DNA of 64,000 bases from an archaeon. Its GTDB lineage: Archaea > Nanobdellota > Nanobdellia > Woesearchaeales > GW2011-AR9. Under the pieces are notes generated by a model. It ran no database searches, was not told the origin of the DNA, and saw only the letters and a program-made list of their open reading frames with translations. The position numbers and the translations under genes are program-made. Position 1 is the stretch's first letter. Every line of letters starts with the position of its first letter. Location of the stretch: the NCBI GenBank assembly GCA_023259115.1, contig JAHFQW010000001.1, positions 81,937 through 145,936 on the forward strand. Reading direction: 5' to 3'. Shown piece by piece: positions 51,101 to 60,066 of the stretch.

Positions 51101-52016
51101 GAATGTGACGACATCTATTTCGGGGAGAAATAATGAGACGACGTTTAGTCGTACACTGCTTGATGGGACATATAGGTGGAGTTGTTTAGCAGGTGATGGG
51201 CAGGGTAATGTAGGGTTTGCGAGCAGTAATTATACGATTACAGTGGATACAGTATATCCGTTGATTACGTCTGTGAGTTCGGGAAGTCCCACTTCATCTG
51301 CGGCGACAATTACGTGGACGACAAGTGAGGGGGGGAATGCGAGTGTGGATTATGGTGTAGATACGTCTTTAGGTTCGCGCAGCTCGAGTTTGACGTTTAG
51401 TACTTCGCATAGTGTGGGGTTGTCTGGCTTGACTGCTTCAACTACGTATTATTATAATGTGACGAGTTGTGATGCTTCGGGGAATTGTAATACGACTGGT
51501 ATGAATTCTTTTACGACAGCGTCTTCTGGTGGAAGTGGCAGTAGTAGTTCTTCGTCTGGTGGCGGTGGCGGAGGAGGAGGCGGGGGTGGAGGTGGTGGTG
51601 GTTCTTCGAGTAAGATTGCAGCGGCTGTTACAACAACACCTGTCAAAATTGAAACTCCTGTTGCAAAAGAACCTAGTGCGCCAGCAGCAGAGAGCGGGGG
51701 AGCTGGAGCTGCAGTGAGTGTGCTTTCAGATGGTGGAAGTAGCAGGGGAGAGAGCAAGAATGAGATAGCTGCGGCGTTAGGGCAAGATAAAGGTTCGACT
51801 AATTTGGCAGGAAATGCTGCGAGTGTGGGTCAGAGTTCTACGAGTTCACGTTTGGCGCTAGCAGGAAGGGCGTTCTTTCAGAGCGGAGTACAATTATTTA
51901 AGAATAAAGTAGTATTAGGTGTGATGGTTGTAATTGTGGGATTATTGATTATTATTTTATCTTTATTGTCCTGGAGAAGAAAGAATGAAGTGGCGAAGCA
52001 GGGGTTTGGGTTTTGA
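48165..52016 (+). CDS. Membrane-anchored subtilisin-like S8 protease with Ig-like/FN3 domains
   Basis: VDTG, HGTHVAG, GTSMSTPHV triad; signal peptide; Gly/Ser linker; C-terminal TM. Confidence 0.92.
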   Translation: MKKVVLLLLVLLVSFSIVYAADVHVDAKVQEALVHGSNASVIVVLKHSSSAVADLGLESAGADDEMVASVGGGDGSNRFRGLRGTRVLKEVELREERQKQEARVVEENVLGGLRVREEGIVKNSMNNSVTNLVTNSEKSLGNSSGLDVEDVVSIDDSVGYNTFCTELSNKTILNSCHISNRIVYNDTYDIALRTRYNLFNGFSGDVTAEGLKKLQENSQVESVYLDEERHVFLTDSVPQINANKVWNFSLSHYNITGVGETVCVVDTGINYSHSGLGGGLGIRVIDGYDFVNSDTDPADDHGHGTHVAGIIGSNDSVYRGVAPGVKFVALKACNSGGSCSDSNVLSSISWCIDNSTIYNISVISISLGGGQYTSYCDNDVNSQYHSLIGQAVGKNISVVIATGNTGSTYTNNTGGIAAPACIQNATRVSAVDKSDVMASYAFRHFNFTDIIAAPGSSITSLSYTGGTTTLSGTSMSTPHVSGAVALMRQYWRLAYTQTPSVSFVTNKILKTGVSIDDTGSGSTLIIPRVNILALLQPFINYTTTSVVNGSVRNVNTALINISSDVNLSSALLEWHYNNGTIRNISMSSFNGTSYSLTLGNLADGTDFYEVYGNDTANTFGQISIRNITVDATVPAVTVVNPANGTNMSSGSAAFNATVLEKNIDSVLFSFDNVTGSGVAFNVTATNSSGNWNANVDLTRLKEGRHVMNVLANDTAGNYNRSSIVQFVVDRTAPNVTVIIPFSNRNFTLSSGNQTFNVSLRESLLTVDSVIFSFDNASGVNFNVTAQNNSGYWAVSYNVSSLAEGSHTMTVLANDTVGNYNRTVNVSFTVDFTVPSVTLNAPSAGVVFTIVSSNQTFNATIRDGVSGVRDVVFSFANSTTGFNVTAQNNSGYWIVSYNVSTLGHGSHSIVVFANDSAGNMNTTSSVSFTVDLDTPLAILNSPVDFFNSSTALLVFNCSTLDNTSLLNVTLYGNWSSGWHGNVTTSISGRNNETTFSRTLLDGTYRWSCLAGDGQGNVGFASSNYTITVDTVYPLITSVSSGSPTSSAATITWTTSEGGNASVDYGVDTSLGSRSSSLTFSTSHSVGLSGLTASTTYYYNVTSCDASGNCNTTGMNSFTTASSGGSGSSSSSSGGGGGGGGGGGGGGGSSSKIAAAVTTTPVKIETPVAKEPSAPAAESGGAGAAVSVLSDGGSSRGESKNEIAAALGQDKGSTNLAGNAASVGQSSTSSRLALAGRAFFQSGVQLFKNKVVLGVMVVIVGLLIIILSLLSWRRKNEVAKQGFGF
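48623..48717 (+). mobile_element. 93-bp in-frame twin-hairpin insertion plus TA, copy 2 (propeptide region)
   Basis: 2 differences from copy 1. Confidence 0.9.
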
Positions 52017-52085
52017 GTGGGAAGAGGGAAAGTTTTGGGCAGTTATGTGTAATTTTCAAAATCAATTTTAGTGAAAGGAAAAATT

Positions 52086-53015
52086 CTACTGAAGGCCCAA
52101 TAAATTTGCTGAGTTGCTATGAAATAACTTTTCTTGGAGTTCTTCATCTCTATCACAAGCTAACTTTATCATCTTTATAGAAGTTTTACGATCACCATAT
52201 GGCCAATCTGATGCAAACAAAACTCTTTCAGAGCCAAACGCATTTACTAATTCTTTTATTTTCTCTGGCGATTGAAAAGAAGTATCAACATAAGCATTAT
52301 CATATTTTGGAAGTGTCTCGATAACTTCTCTCACCTCAATTCCTCCTGCATGACCAACAATAAATCTTACATTTGGAAAATCGGCTATCAATTGTTCTGC
52401 TTGAGAAATATTTCCATTTTTTGGTTCTTGTTTACTCTTTTCTTTTCCATGATAATATGATGTAACTCCACTATGAAACAAGACAGGAAGATTATAAACT
52501 GAAAAGATTTCAATTCCTTCTCGTAATCTTCTATCAGATAAAGAAACTTTTTGTATTATTGGATGTAACTTCATTCCTTTTGCTCCTCTTTGAACTTGAT
52601 GAGCTAAAGTTTTTTCAAGATCATATTCTCGGGTGAAGTCAATCCCGGTAAAAGGAATTATTCTTTCATCATTCGCTTCTTTTATATCTTCAAAAGTAAC
52701 ATATGGAGGAATTGGTAAACAACATGTTTGAGTTACACCTGATGCATCTAATGATTTCTGCATATTCTCAACTGACGCAACGAAATTTCTTTGTCTATTG
52801 GAATATGTACCCCATTCACGAATAAGATTGTGGGGTTGTTTACCTCTATGCCTATAATGAATTAAAGCTGCATAAAAACCAGCATCAAATAAATTTCTTA
52901 ACTTAAATCCAGTATCAAAAAGATTCCTATCAGGTAAACTTTTTTCATGAATTACATGACCGCCACAATCATATAATATATCTCCTAAGTGTGTATGGAC
53001 ATCAATGATTTTCAT
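52086..53015 (-). CDS. Amidohydrolase 2 family protein
   Basis: IDVHTH, GMKLHP, FHSG, GHAG, FASDWP. Confidence 0.88.
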   Translation of the reverse strand: MKIIDVHTHLGDILYDCGGHVIHEKSLPDRNLFDTGFKLRNLFDAGFYAALIHYRHRGKQPHNLIREWGTYSNRQRNFVASVENMQKSLDASGVTQTCCLPIPPYVTFEDIKEANDERIIPFTGIDFTREYDLEKTLAHQVQRGAKGMKLHPIIQKVSLSDRRLREGIEIFSVYNLPVLFHSGVTSYYHGKEKSKQEPKNGNISQAEQLIADFPNVRFIVGHAGGIEVREVIETLPKYDNAYVDTSFQSPEKIKELVNAFGSERVLFASDWPYGDRKTSIKMIKLACDRDEELQEKLFHSNSANLLGLQ

Positions 53016-53211
53016 TTTATATTGATATTAGGTCTTCTTTAAATATTTAACTCTTAAACAAGAGTTCTCTATCGCTTATTGGCTTAACTTTAGATTTCTG
53101 AAAACTTGCTCCGCTGATGCTAGGCACCCAGATGTGAAGTCTGGAACATATAACCTCATATACATTTTCTTTTAAGGAAAATTTAAATAGATGATTTGCT
53201 AGAAGAATTTT

Positions 53212-53460
53212 ATGTCTCAACAAATTGCCATTGGCGTGGTGCACACAGTGTCAGTCGATTTGAGAAAAGCTCTGACTTCCTCTTCAGCGGTCCGAGATGC
53301 ATGGAATGGTCTTACCCCACTTGCTCGCAATGAGTGGATTTGCTGGATTACTTCTGTTAAGAAATTGGAGACACGTAGAGATCATATACACCGATTATGT
53401 AAAGATATTTTAGAGGGAAAACGCCGACCGTGTTGTTGGCCAGGTTGTCCTCATCGTTGA
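53212..53460 (+). CDS. YdeI/OmpD-associated family protein
   Basis: LTPLARNEWICWI...GKRRPCCWPGCPHR. Confidence 0.8.
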   Translation: MSQQIAIGVVHTVSVDLRKALTSSSAVRDAWNGLTPLARNEWICWITSVKKLETRRDHIHRLCKDILEGKRRPCCWPGCPHR

Positions 53461-53661
53461 AATAAATGGGTTATTCAAGGTTTTCTATAAAGATGTTGAT
53501 GTGTTAATTATATCAAAACATTTAGCTGGTAATTTCAAACCGTGACAAATTGTCACGAGTTGGGGTTCCCTCTGTTTTAAATACTTTCTTACGTTATACA
53601 ACATAGCATTTAGGCTGGCAGAACAATAGGTTTTTAAATCTCTTCCCCCTACAATACAAAT

Positions 53662-54036
53662 ATGAAAATTGTACACCACCATCTTATATATCAAGCAAAA
53701 GTTGGCAACAATGAACTTGGTGCTGATTCTGAAAAAGTGTTCGAACAATTTCTCTACAATCTTCTCGATGAAGTTAAAATGAAATGCTTAATTCCAGTAC
53801 AACTAAAATTTAGTAATCAAAAAGCATGGACGGGTATTGTTGGAATTATCACTTCACATATCGCATTTCATTTCTGGACTATAGAGAAATATGTTCAACT
53901 CGACATCTATAGTTGTAAGCCTTTCGAAAAACAAAAAGCTGTAAAATTCTTAAATAACTTTTGGAAAGCAAGTGATGTTCGAGTACTTTTTATTGATAGA
54001 GAAGTCGGGAAGAAATTTAAAATTGAAGAATTGTAG
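53662..54036 (+). CDS. S-adenosylmethionine decarboxylase (SpeD)-like pyruvoyl enzyme
   Basis: HHLI, G-T-G-x-x-x-I-T-SH-IAFH, QLDIYSCKPF. Confidence 0.7.
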   Translation: MKIVHHHLIYQAKVGNNELGADSEKVFEQFLYNLLDEVKMKCLIPVQLKFSNQKAWTGIVGIITSHIAFHFWTIEKYVQLDIYSCKPFEKQKAVKFLNNFWKASDVRVLFIDREVGKKFKIEEL

Positions 54037-54137
54037 ATCAGCTAGCCTAAATATTATGCAATGGGGGGATGCTGCGTGCTCGTTGTGCAAACGAGTATTC
54101 TGATTAACTATTCTACTCTCGTTTGCTCTACTGATCT

Positions 54138-54238
54138 ACTTAACAGCAACTGTATGGCTCGCTCATTGTAGTTGCTCTCCCAAGTGCTTTAATGTTCTGC
54201 GGGACTTAAAGCACTTCGTACAGTTGCATACGTTAACT
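54138..54238 (+). other. attC-like imperfect palindrome
   Basis: ACTTAAC ... GTTAACT ends, GCAACTGTATG/CGTACAGTTGC stem and an internal AAGTGCTTTAA/TTAAAGCACTT stem. Confidence 0.3.
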
Positions 54239-54324
54239 TTTCACTTCAACATTAGGAATAGTTGGTTTTTTGTTAGGGTTAACTTTACCAAATGCTTATA
54301 AAGGTGGATAGTTTACTCTCTGTG

Positions 54325-54397
54325 TTAAAAAGAGTTATTAGGAAATATATTAGAAGAGTTATTAAGAGGGCTATTAAAAGAGGTATTAGAAGAGTTC
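54325..54397 (+). repeat. Degenerate 12-bp tandem repeat (TATTAGAAGAGT-like)
   Basis: About 6 imperfect units upstream of the second S8 gene. Confidence 0.6.
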
Positions 54398-54479
54398 TCT
54401 ATACTTTTTTATAATCTCTAAAATATAATCTCTAAAGTAATATCAACAAAAAATAATATCTAAAAAAAGAGTGGTGGCT

Positions 54480-57400
54480 ATGGGAACGGGTGGACGGAAT
54501 CATCGTTTTATTATTACGGGGTTTGTGTTAGTGTTTGCGCTCTTTGCGGTGGTGCTATATCATGAGTCTACAACTTCTTCACTTGATGTGACGGGATATG
54601 TTATTTTAGAGGATGGAGTGAGAGTGAGTACGCAGAAGATGGATAGTTCTTTGGTTACAGAGATTAGAGGGGGAGATGTGACGCCTAAAGTGGTGGTGGT
54701 CTTAGATGAGAGTGCAAGTGTGAATACTGATGGTGTAGGTGGTGGGAAAAGTCAGCAAGAATTTATTGATCAATTAAAACAAAATATTGTTGTGTCGGAT
54801 TCTTCTTCTGCGAGGAGTGGTGTTGAGGATGTGAAGAAAATAAGCAGTAGTGGGAGTAGTGGGGTTGATGGCAGTTCAGATTTTGCGTTGACACATACAT
54901 TTAGTTCTGTCTCAGCGATTGCAGGGGAAGTTACAAGTGCAGATGGGTTAGTTGAGCTGACTAAAAACAAACATGTTAGAAAAATTTTGTTAGATTATCC
55001 GGTGAGTGTGAATTTGGATAAAAGTGCATTACACATTAATGCGCCTCGTGTGTGGAATGTGACGTTGAATGGCTCAAGTGTTGATGGCCGAGGGGGGGCT
55101 GTGTGTATTATTGATACGGGTGTTGATTATGCGCATGCGGCGCTAGGTGGATGTAGTGCTGCAACGATGCAGTTGAATGGGGCAGTTGAGATGCTTTCTG
55201 TACCGGTTGAGTCAAGTCATCCGTATAGTGATACTATGGATCAGACATGGGTTATACAGCGTGAAGGATTTGAACATATGGCGCTGCATTTTTCTAAGAT
55301 TGAATTAGAGCAGATATCAAGTGCGGGGGATACGACGGATAGGGTATATGTTTATGATTCACAAAATAGGACAGTTGCTGTCTACAAAGGTATTTCAAAT
55401 GATATGTGGACGCCTTCGGTTCTAGGGGATATGATGTATGTGCGTTTGGTGTCAGATGGTTCGGTGAGTGGGTATGGATTTTCTGTTGATTCTATAATTA
55501 ATGGAACGACGAATGTGACGATGGATTGGAGCGGATGTTCTAAAGTTGTGGGGGGATATGATGTGTATAATAATGATGCGAATCCTCAAGATGATCATGG
55601 CCATGGTACGCATGTGGCGGGTATTATCGGTTCAACGGATTTGACATATAGGGGGATTGCACCAGGGGCAAACATTGTGGCATTGAAGGCGATGAGTGGT
55701 TCGGGGAGCGGTTATTCGTCTGATGTGTTGGCGGCAATGGAGTGGTGTACGAAAAATAAAGAAAAGTTTGGTATTTCGGTTATTAGTATGAGTTTAGGGT
55801 GTGATGGAGGGAGTTGTCCGCATTATCAGACTTATTGTTCGGATGATATTTTAGCAAGTGCGGTTGCAGGGGCGATTGCTAAAAATATTAGTGTGGTTGT
55901 GGCGGCAGGGAATTCAGGCTGGGTGGATGGGATTTCAAGTCCGGCGTGTATCAATGGCGTGATTCCAGTTGGTGGGGTGAATAGTGCGGATGAAATTTTG
56001 TTTAACCGTGGGAAATTGTTGCGATTGCTTGCGCCAGCGCAAGGTATTACGTCGGCAAAGTTAGCAGGGGGATTTGTGGCGTTGAGTGGTACGTCGATGG
56101 CAACTCCGCATGTTGCAGGGGCAATTTTGTTGTTGCAGGATTATGCAAAACGTGTGTATGGGCGGGAATTGACATCGGCAGAGGTGAATGTGAAGTTAAT
56201 TGAGAGTGGGAAGAAGGTGTATGATAGTAGGGTGGGGTTGAATTTTTCACGTATTGATGTATTTGCGGCAATTGGTGGAGCTGAGGGTTTGAGTGGTGTT
56301 AATAAAAATGTGTCAAATAGTTCAGCGGTTATTTTGAATGAAACAGAAAGAATTGGTGATTTAAGTTTGATTGTACTCCCTGTGAATAATAGTTATGTTT
56401 CTACTCTGTTGAATGTGAGTGTTGCTGCTCGTAGTAATGTGTCGTTGTATGGGGTGTGGTATAGTGTTTCTGGAGATAATGGGAGTGTGTTGTTGAATAA
56501 TTCAATGGTGTGGGATGTGTCGGGTGCTACTAGTTCTGTTGAGAATTATACTCTTTTTGATTCTGTTGTTGTGTCTGGTTGGAGGGAGGGGAGTTATACT
56601 TTAGCAAGTTATGTGATTGATAGGGAAGGAAAAGAGGTGTTTGTGTTTTCTACTTTTAATGTGGATAGAACATTTCCTCGTGTTGGGAATGTAGATTATA
56701 TGCCTGTTTTACTATATACAAATACGAGTGCGTTGTTTACGGTTATTGTGAATGAGAGTTCTATTGATTCTACTTTGGTTAAATTGTGGTATACGGTTAA
56801 TGGGAGTGATTGGCAGAGTGGGGTTATGAGTAAGGATATGAGTGGACGAACTTGGGGAAGTGGTGCGGGAAGTGAGGTGTATACGTATTCATTGAATTTG
56901 ACGCAGTTTGCACCAAATAGTGTGTTGCAATTTTATGTTTCAGGGAGTGATTTGGCGGGTAATGTGAATACGAGTGCGATGGGGAATGTGACGATATATG
57001 AGGGGGTGAATGCGGTTGTGGTGCCGCCGGTGAATGCGGGTGCTGCTGTGCTTACTATTACGTCTCCTTTGAATGGGTCGGTTGTTGAGGTTGGCAGTGT
57101 TATTTCTTATACTGGTGTGGTTGAGAATTTGAATGTGTCACGTGTGTTTTGGAATTTTTCTAGTGGGGGGAGTGATACTGTTTTGAGTGGTGTTACGCAG
57201 TTTATAGATAATTCTGTGGGGTATAATACCTTTTGTACAGAATTATCTAATAAGACAATTCTGAATAGTTGTTATATAAGTAACAGAATTGTCTATAATA
57301 AGACGGGAATTGTTGTGATGCAAGTATGGGTGAATGCAACAGAGGGACAATTTGCAGTGAATACAACTGTTGTTGTGAATGATACAACTGCTCCAAAAAT

Positions 57401-58076
57401 TGAGATGATGAGTTTTGCAAAAGAGATTCATCTTGGTAAAGTTAAGAGTCAACAAGTGAATGTGAGTGTGTTTGATTATTCAGGGATTTCGGCTTTAACG
57501 CTGGGGCTCAATGGAGTATTAGAGAATGGGGTGTGTTCAAAAGAGAGTAGTCGCTGGAGTTGCGGGTGGAATATGTCGAATTTGAGTTTGGGGAATGCAA
57601 CGTTAATGTTGACTGTTGCGGATGGGGCGAGTGTGGTGCATACTAATCTGACAAATTATACGTTTGTGGTGCAATCCTGTAGTGATTTTATACAAAATGG
57701 GGATGAGGCGGGAGTTGATTGTGATGGTTCTTGTGGTGCTTGTAATGGAAGTGTATCAAGTGCTAATGTGAGTGCGGTGATTGAGGCAACGCCTGTGGCT
57801 GCTGCGGTGGCAGATGTTGCTCAGTCTACGCCTGTGGTAGTGGCAGCACCTGTTGATTCTACTGTGGTGAATAAGGCAGAAGGAGTAGTACCGGTTCAGA
57901 CGGCTTCTGTGAAGAATCAGGAAGTTGGGCAGAGTGCGGATAAAAAAGAAGTTGCAAGTGCGAGTGTGGTGCAAGCAACGGATGAGAGTCAGAAAGAGGG
58001 AGTGTTGTATGTGCTAGGTTTACTGGTTGTGGTATTGAGTGGGTTGTATGTGTTTATGATGCGGGAAGGTCTGTGA
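54480..58076 (+). CDS. Membrane-anchored S8 protease with an inserted CUB-like domain and Ig/PKD-like domains
   Basis: IDTG...ESSHPY...SDGSVSGYGF...HGTHVAG...GTSMATPHV; N- and C-terminal TM. Confidence 0.9.
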   Translation: MGTGGRNHRFIITGFVLVFALFAVVLYHESTTSSLDVTGYVILEDGVRVSTQKMDSSLVTEIRGGDVTPKVVVVLDESASVNTDGVGGGKSQQEFIDQLKQNIVVSDSSSARSGVEDVKKISSSGSSGVDGSSDFALTHTFSSVSAIAGEVTSADGLVELTKNKHVRKILLDYPVSVNLDKSALHINAPRVWNVTLNGSSVDGRGGAVCIIDTGVDYAHAALGGCSAATMQLNGAVEMLSVPVESSHPYSDTMDQTWVIQREGFEHMALHFSKIELEQISSAGDTTDRVYVYDSQNRTVAVYKGISNDMWTPSVLGDMMYVRLVSDGSVSGYGFSVDSIINGTTNVTMDWSGCSKVVGGYDVYNNDANPQDDHGHGTHVAGIIGSTDLTYRGIAPGANIVALKAMSGSGSGYSSDVLAAMEWCTKNKEKFGISVISMSLGCDGGSCPHYQTYCSDDILASAVAGAIAKNISVVVAAGNSGWVDGISSPACINGVIPVGGVNSADEILFNRGKLLRLLAPAQGITSAKLAGGFVALSGTSMATPHVAGAILLLQDYAKRVYGRELTSAEVNVKLIESGKKVYDSRVGLNFSRIDVFAAIGGAEGLSGVNKNVSNSSAVILNETERIGDLSLIVLPVNNSYVSTLLNVSVAARSNVSLYGVWYSVSGDNGSVLLNNSMVWDVSGATSSVENYTLFDSVVVSGWREGSYTLASYVIDREGKEVFVFSTFNVDRTFPRVGNVDYMPVLLYTNTSALFTVIVNESSIDSTLVKLWYTVNGSDWQSGVMSKDMSGRTWGSGAGSEVYTYSLNLTQFAPNSVLQFYVSGSDLAGNVNTSAMGNVTIYEGVNAVVVPPVNAGAAVLTITSPLNGSVVEVGSVISYTGVVENLNVSRVFWNFSSGGSDTVLSGVTQFIDNSVGYNTFCTELSNKTILNSCYISNRIVYNKTGIVVMQVWVNATEGQFAVNTTVVVNDTTAPKIEMMSFAKEIHLGKVKSQQVNVSVFDYSGISALTLGLNGVLENGVCSKESSRWSCGWNMSNLSLGNATLMLTVADGASVVHTNLTNYTFVVQSCSDFIQNGDEAGVDCDGSCGACNGSVSSANVSAVIEATPVAAAVADVAQSTPVVVAAPVDSTVVNKAEGVVPVQTASVKNQEVGQSADKKEVASASVVQATDESQKEGVLYVLGLLVVVLSGLYVFMMREGL
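57203..57297 (+). mobile_element. 93-bp in-frame twin-hairpin insertion plus TA, copy 3 (PKD-like domain)
   Basis: 3 differences from copy 1. Confidence 0.9.
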
Positions 58077-58176
58077 AGGGTTCTGAGAAAAATGTAACCA
58101 CTTTATTGTAATAAAAATATAGGAAGATTTATATAGTATATGTTCTTTTTGCCATAAAAATCAATGAGGTTATACT

Positions 58177-59034
58177 ATGACAATTGAACTTGCGGGATAT
58201 GATATGCTTTTGACAAATGCGCTGTATACTACAGATTTTGCTAAAACAGCTCGAGATCAAGAAGGTAATGAAGTTTCTTTAGGAGTGTATGTACTGCCGA
58301 TGGTCTATAGACAGCCAACGGAGGATGCGGTGGTTAATTATTTGATGAAAGAGGCAGGACGTTTAGAGATGGCGGCGAGTTTGCCACCTATTGTTCAGAA
58401 TTCTGTTGCGATAACTCCGGTTGCAAAAATTTTAATGAGTGTACCTCAGTTACGTCAAGATTTGCAGCATGGAGATATGAATTTACTTTCATTTGTACGT
58501 AAGTATACTCCTGCACCGGCTCTTTCTGATCCCTGTTATTTTGTGAAAGTGATGTATGGGATTTTGCCACAAGCAGTGGTTGAGAAGTATAGTGATACTA
58601 CAGAGAAAGAAGATGCACAATGGTATGCACAAGCGCTTACACATTTTCGTTCGATGGGTCTTGGTGAGTTGTTTACGTTACAAATGACACTGGATGAACA
58701 GAGAAAATTGCCTGATAAAACAGTTATTGATATGCTTGTAGGATTAGGAGTATATGGTTCTCCAGCTTTGGAATTGAATAAGCCTATCTATGATAAAAAA
58801 TTAGTGGGAGAATTATTGAATAAGTTATATGAGGGGCTAGAAGGAGAAAATATCTTGACGTTGCGAGATGTGTCAGAGCAGGAATTGCAGCCGTATGCGT
58901 TAGCACCGTTGGAGAAAGTATTAGAACAATCAAGTCGAAATGCTGCTGCACAACACATGGCTGTGATGGGACAGAGAGGGGGAAATGGTGGTGGGCAGCC
59001 GGCGGTTAAGTTGGATTTTGGCAGTCGAAAATAA
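58177..59034 (+). CDS. Hypothetical protein
   Basis: 285-aa ORF with GAGG RBS. Confidence 0.6.
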   Translation: MTIELAGYDMLLTNALYTTDFAKTARDQEGNEVSLGVYVLPMVYRQPTEDAVVNYLMKEAGRLEMAASLPPIVQNSVAITPVAKILMSVPQLRQDLQHGDMNLLSFVRKYTPAPALSDPCYFVKVMYGILPQAVVEKYSDTTEKEDAQWYAQALTHFRSMGLGELFTLQMTLDEQRKLPDKTVIDMLVGLGVYGSPALELNKPIYDKKLVGELLNKLYEGLEGENILTLRDVSEQELQPYALAPLEKVLEQSSRNAAAQHMAVMGQRGGNGGGQPAVKLDFGSRK

Positions 59035-59139
59035 ATAAAGTTATATCTCCCCATGGGAACATCTACTATTAAACTAAAAATTGGAAAATTATCAGCGATT
59101 GGCTCTTCGATTTTAAAAGAAGGGTATTGATTTGAACGA

Positions 59140-59814
59140 TTGGAAGAGAGTTGGCATTTATATTGGGAGATGATGTTTTCTGAGAAGATGATTGATTTTT
59201 CAGCGCAGCATATTGTGTTTACTGAGCCGTCTGTGATTGCGCAATGTGTGGAGGAGAAGGGTGAACGTGATTTTTCGGTGATTCATTCGTTGCTGCCTGC
59301 AGCGTTACAGAAAAGATATGGGGTAGATGTTGTACGAGGGGTGTATGAGCATTGTTTGGCAGGTGTGATAGAGAGCATGAGAAAAGAATTTGGTGATATT
59401 GTAGTTGGACATTATAATAGTGTTGCTGATCGATGTTATGTTTCAGATTTTTTTTATGGAAATGAGGGTAATCCTTTAGCTTGTAATCAAATGGTTACGG
59501 CAGGTCATGAGTTGACACATCGATATATTTATCATAAACGGTTGGAGCATAGTGAATTATCAGATGGACGATGGCTTAGTGATGGAGGACTTGAGGAACA
59601 GTTCTGTTATGCGGTAAAGAGAGGTTATACGTTTTATTTATTTTCTTTGCGTGCGCAAGAGGCAGGATTGAAAGAAGTTCGTGCATCTCAAAAACGTCTT
59701 GTTCCTGAATTGACAACGCTTTTGGAGCCAAGTTCAGTGATTATACATACGGGGAAGACGGTGGGATATTATGCTGTTTGTTTGGATAAATTGAAAAAAC
59801 AGATGGTACCGTAG
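59140..59814 (+). CDS. Hypothetical zincin-like protein
   Basis: GHELTH (HExxH) followed by EE; start uncertain. Confidence 0.5.
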   Translation: MEESWHLYWEMMFSEKMIDFSAQHIVFTEPSVIAQCVEEKGERDFSVIHSLLPAALQKRYGVDVVRGVYEHCLAGVIESMRKEFGDIVVGHYNSVADRCYVSDFFYGNEGNPLACNQMVTAGHELTHRYIYHKRLEHSELSDGRWLSDGGLEEQFCYAVKRGYTFYLFSLRAQEAGLKEVRASQKRLVPELTTLLEPSSVIIHTGKTVGYYAVCLDKLKKQMVP

Positions 59815-60066
59815 ACTGTGCGGAGATAATGATTGTGAATAATCTATTTTTGGGAGGGATGATTTGATTTTCATGTTTCTTTTGAGGAGATTTAATATTC
59901 CATTAAATTCTTTTGTTTCTTCTGTTCGTGTATCATATAGGATCCGTGTTAGTTTCTCCACCAGTTACGTAAGTTCTGGTGGATTTAGTCAGAAAAGTTG
60001 AGAAAAAGACCGACCAATCCTGCATGGAGTGCCATAAAGGAAAAGAGTCAAAGGCGGGACTAATAT

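Noticed and set aside
51520-51610. Poly-Gly/Ser GGN repeat
   Set aside because: Ordinary flexible linker in a surface protein.
41617-57297. The 93-bp repeats as DGR template/variable repeats or as inteins
   Set aside because: No reverse transcriptase is present, differences are not adenine-specific, and the 31-aa peptide is far too short for an intein and lacks splicing motifs.
59734-59961. 75-aa minus-strand ORF
   Set aside because: Overlaps the upstream gene's end, has a non-ATG start and no supporting motif.
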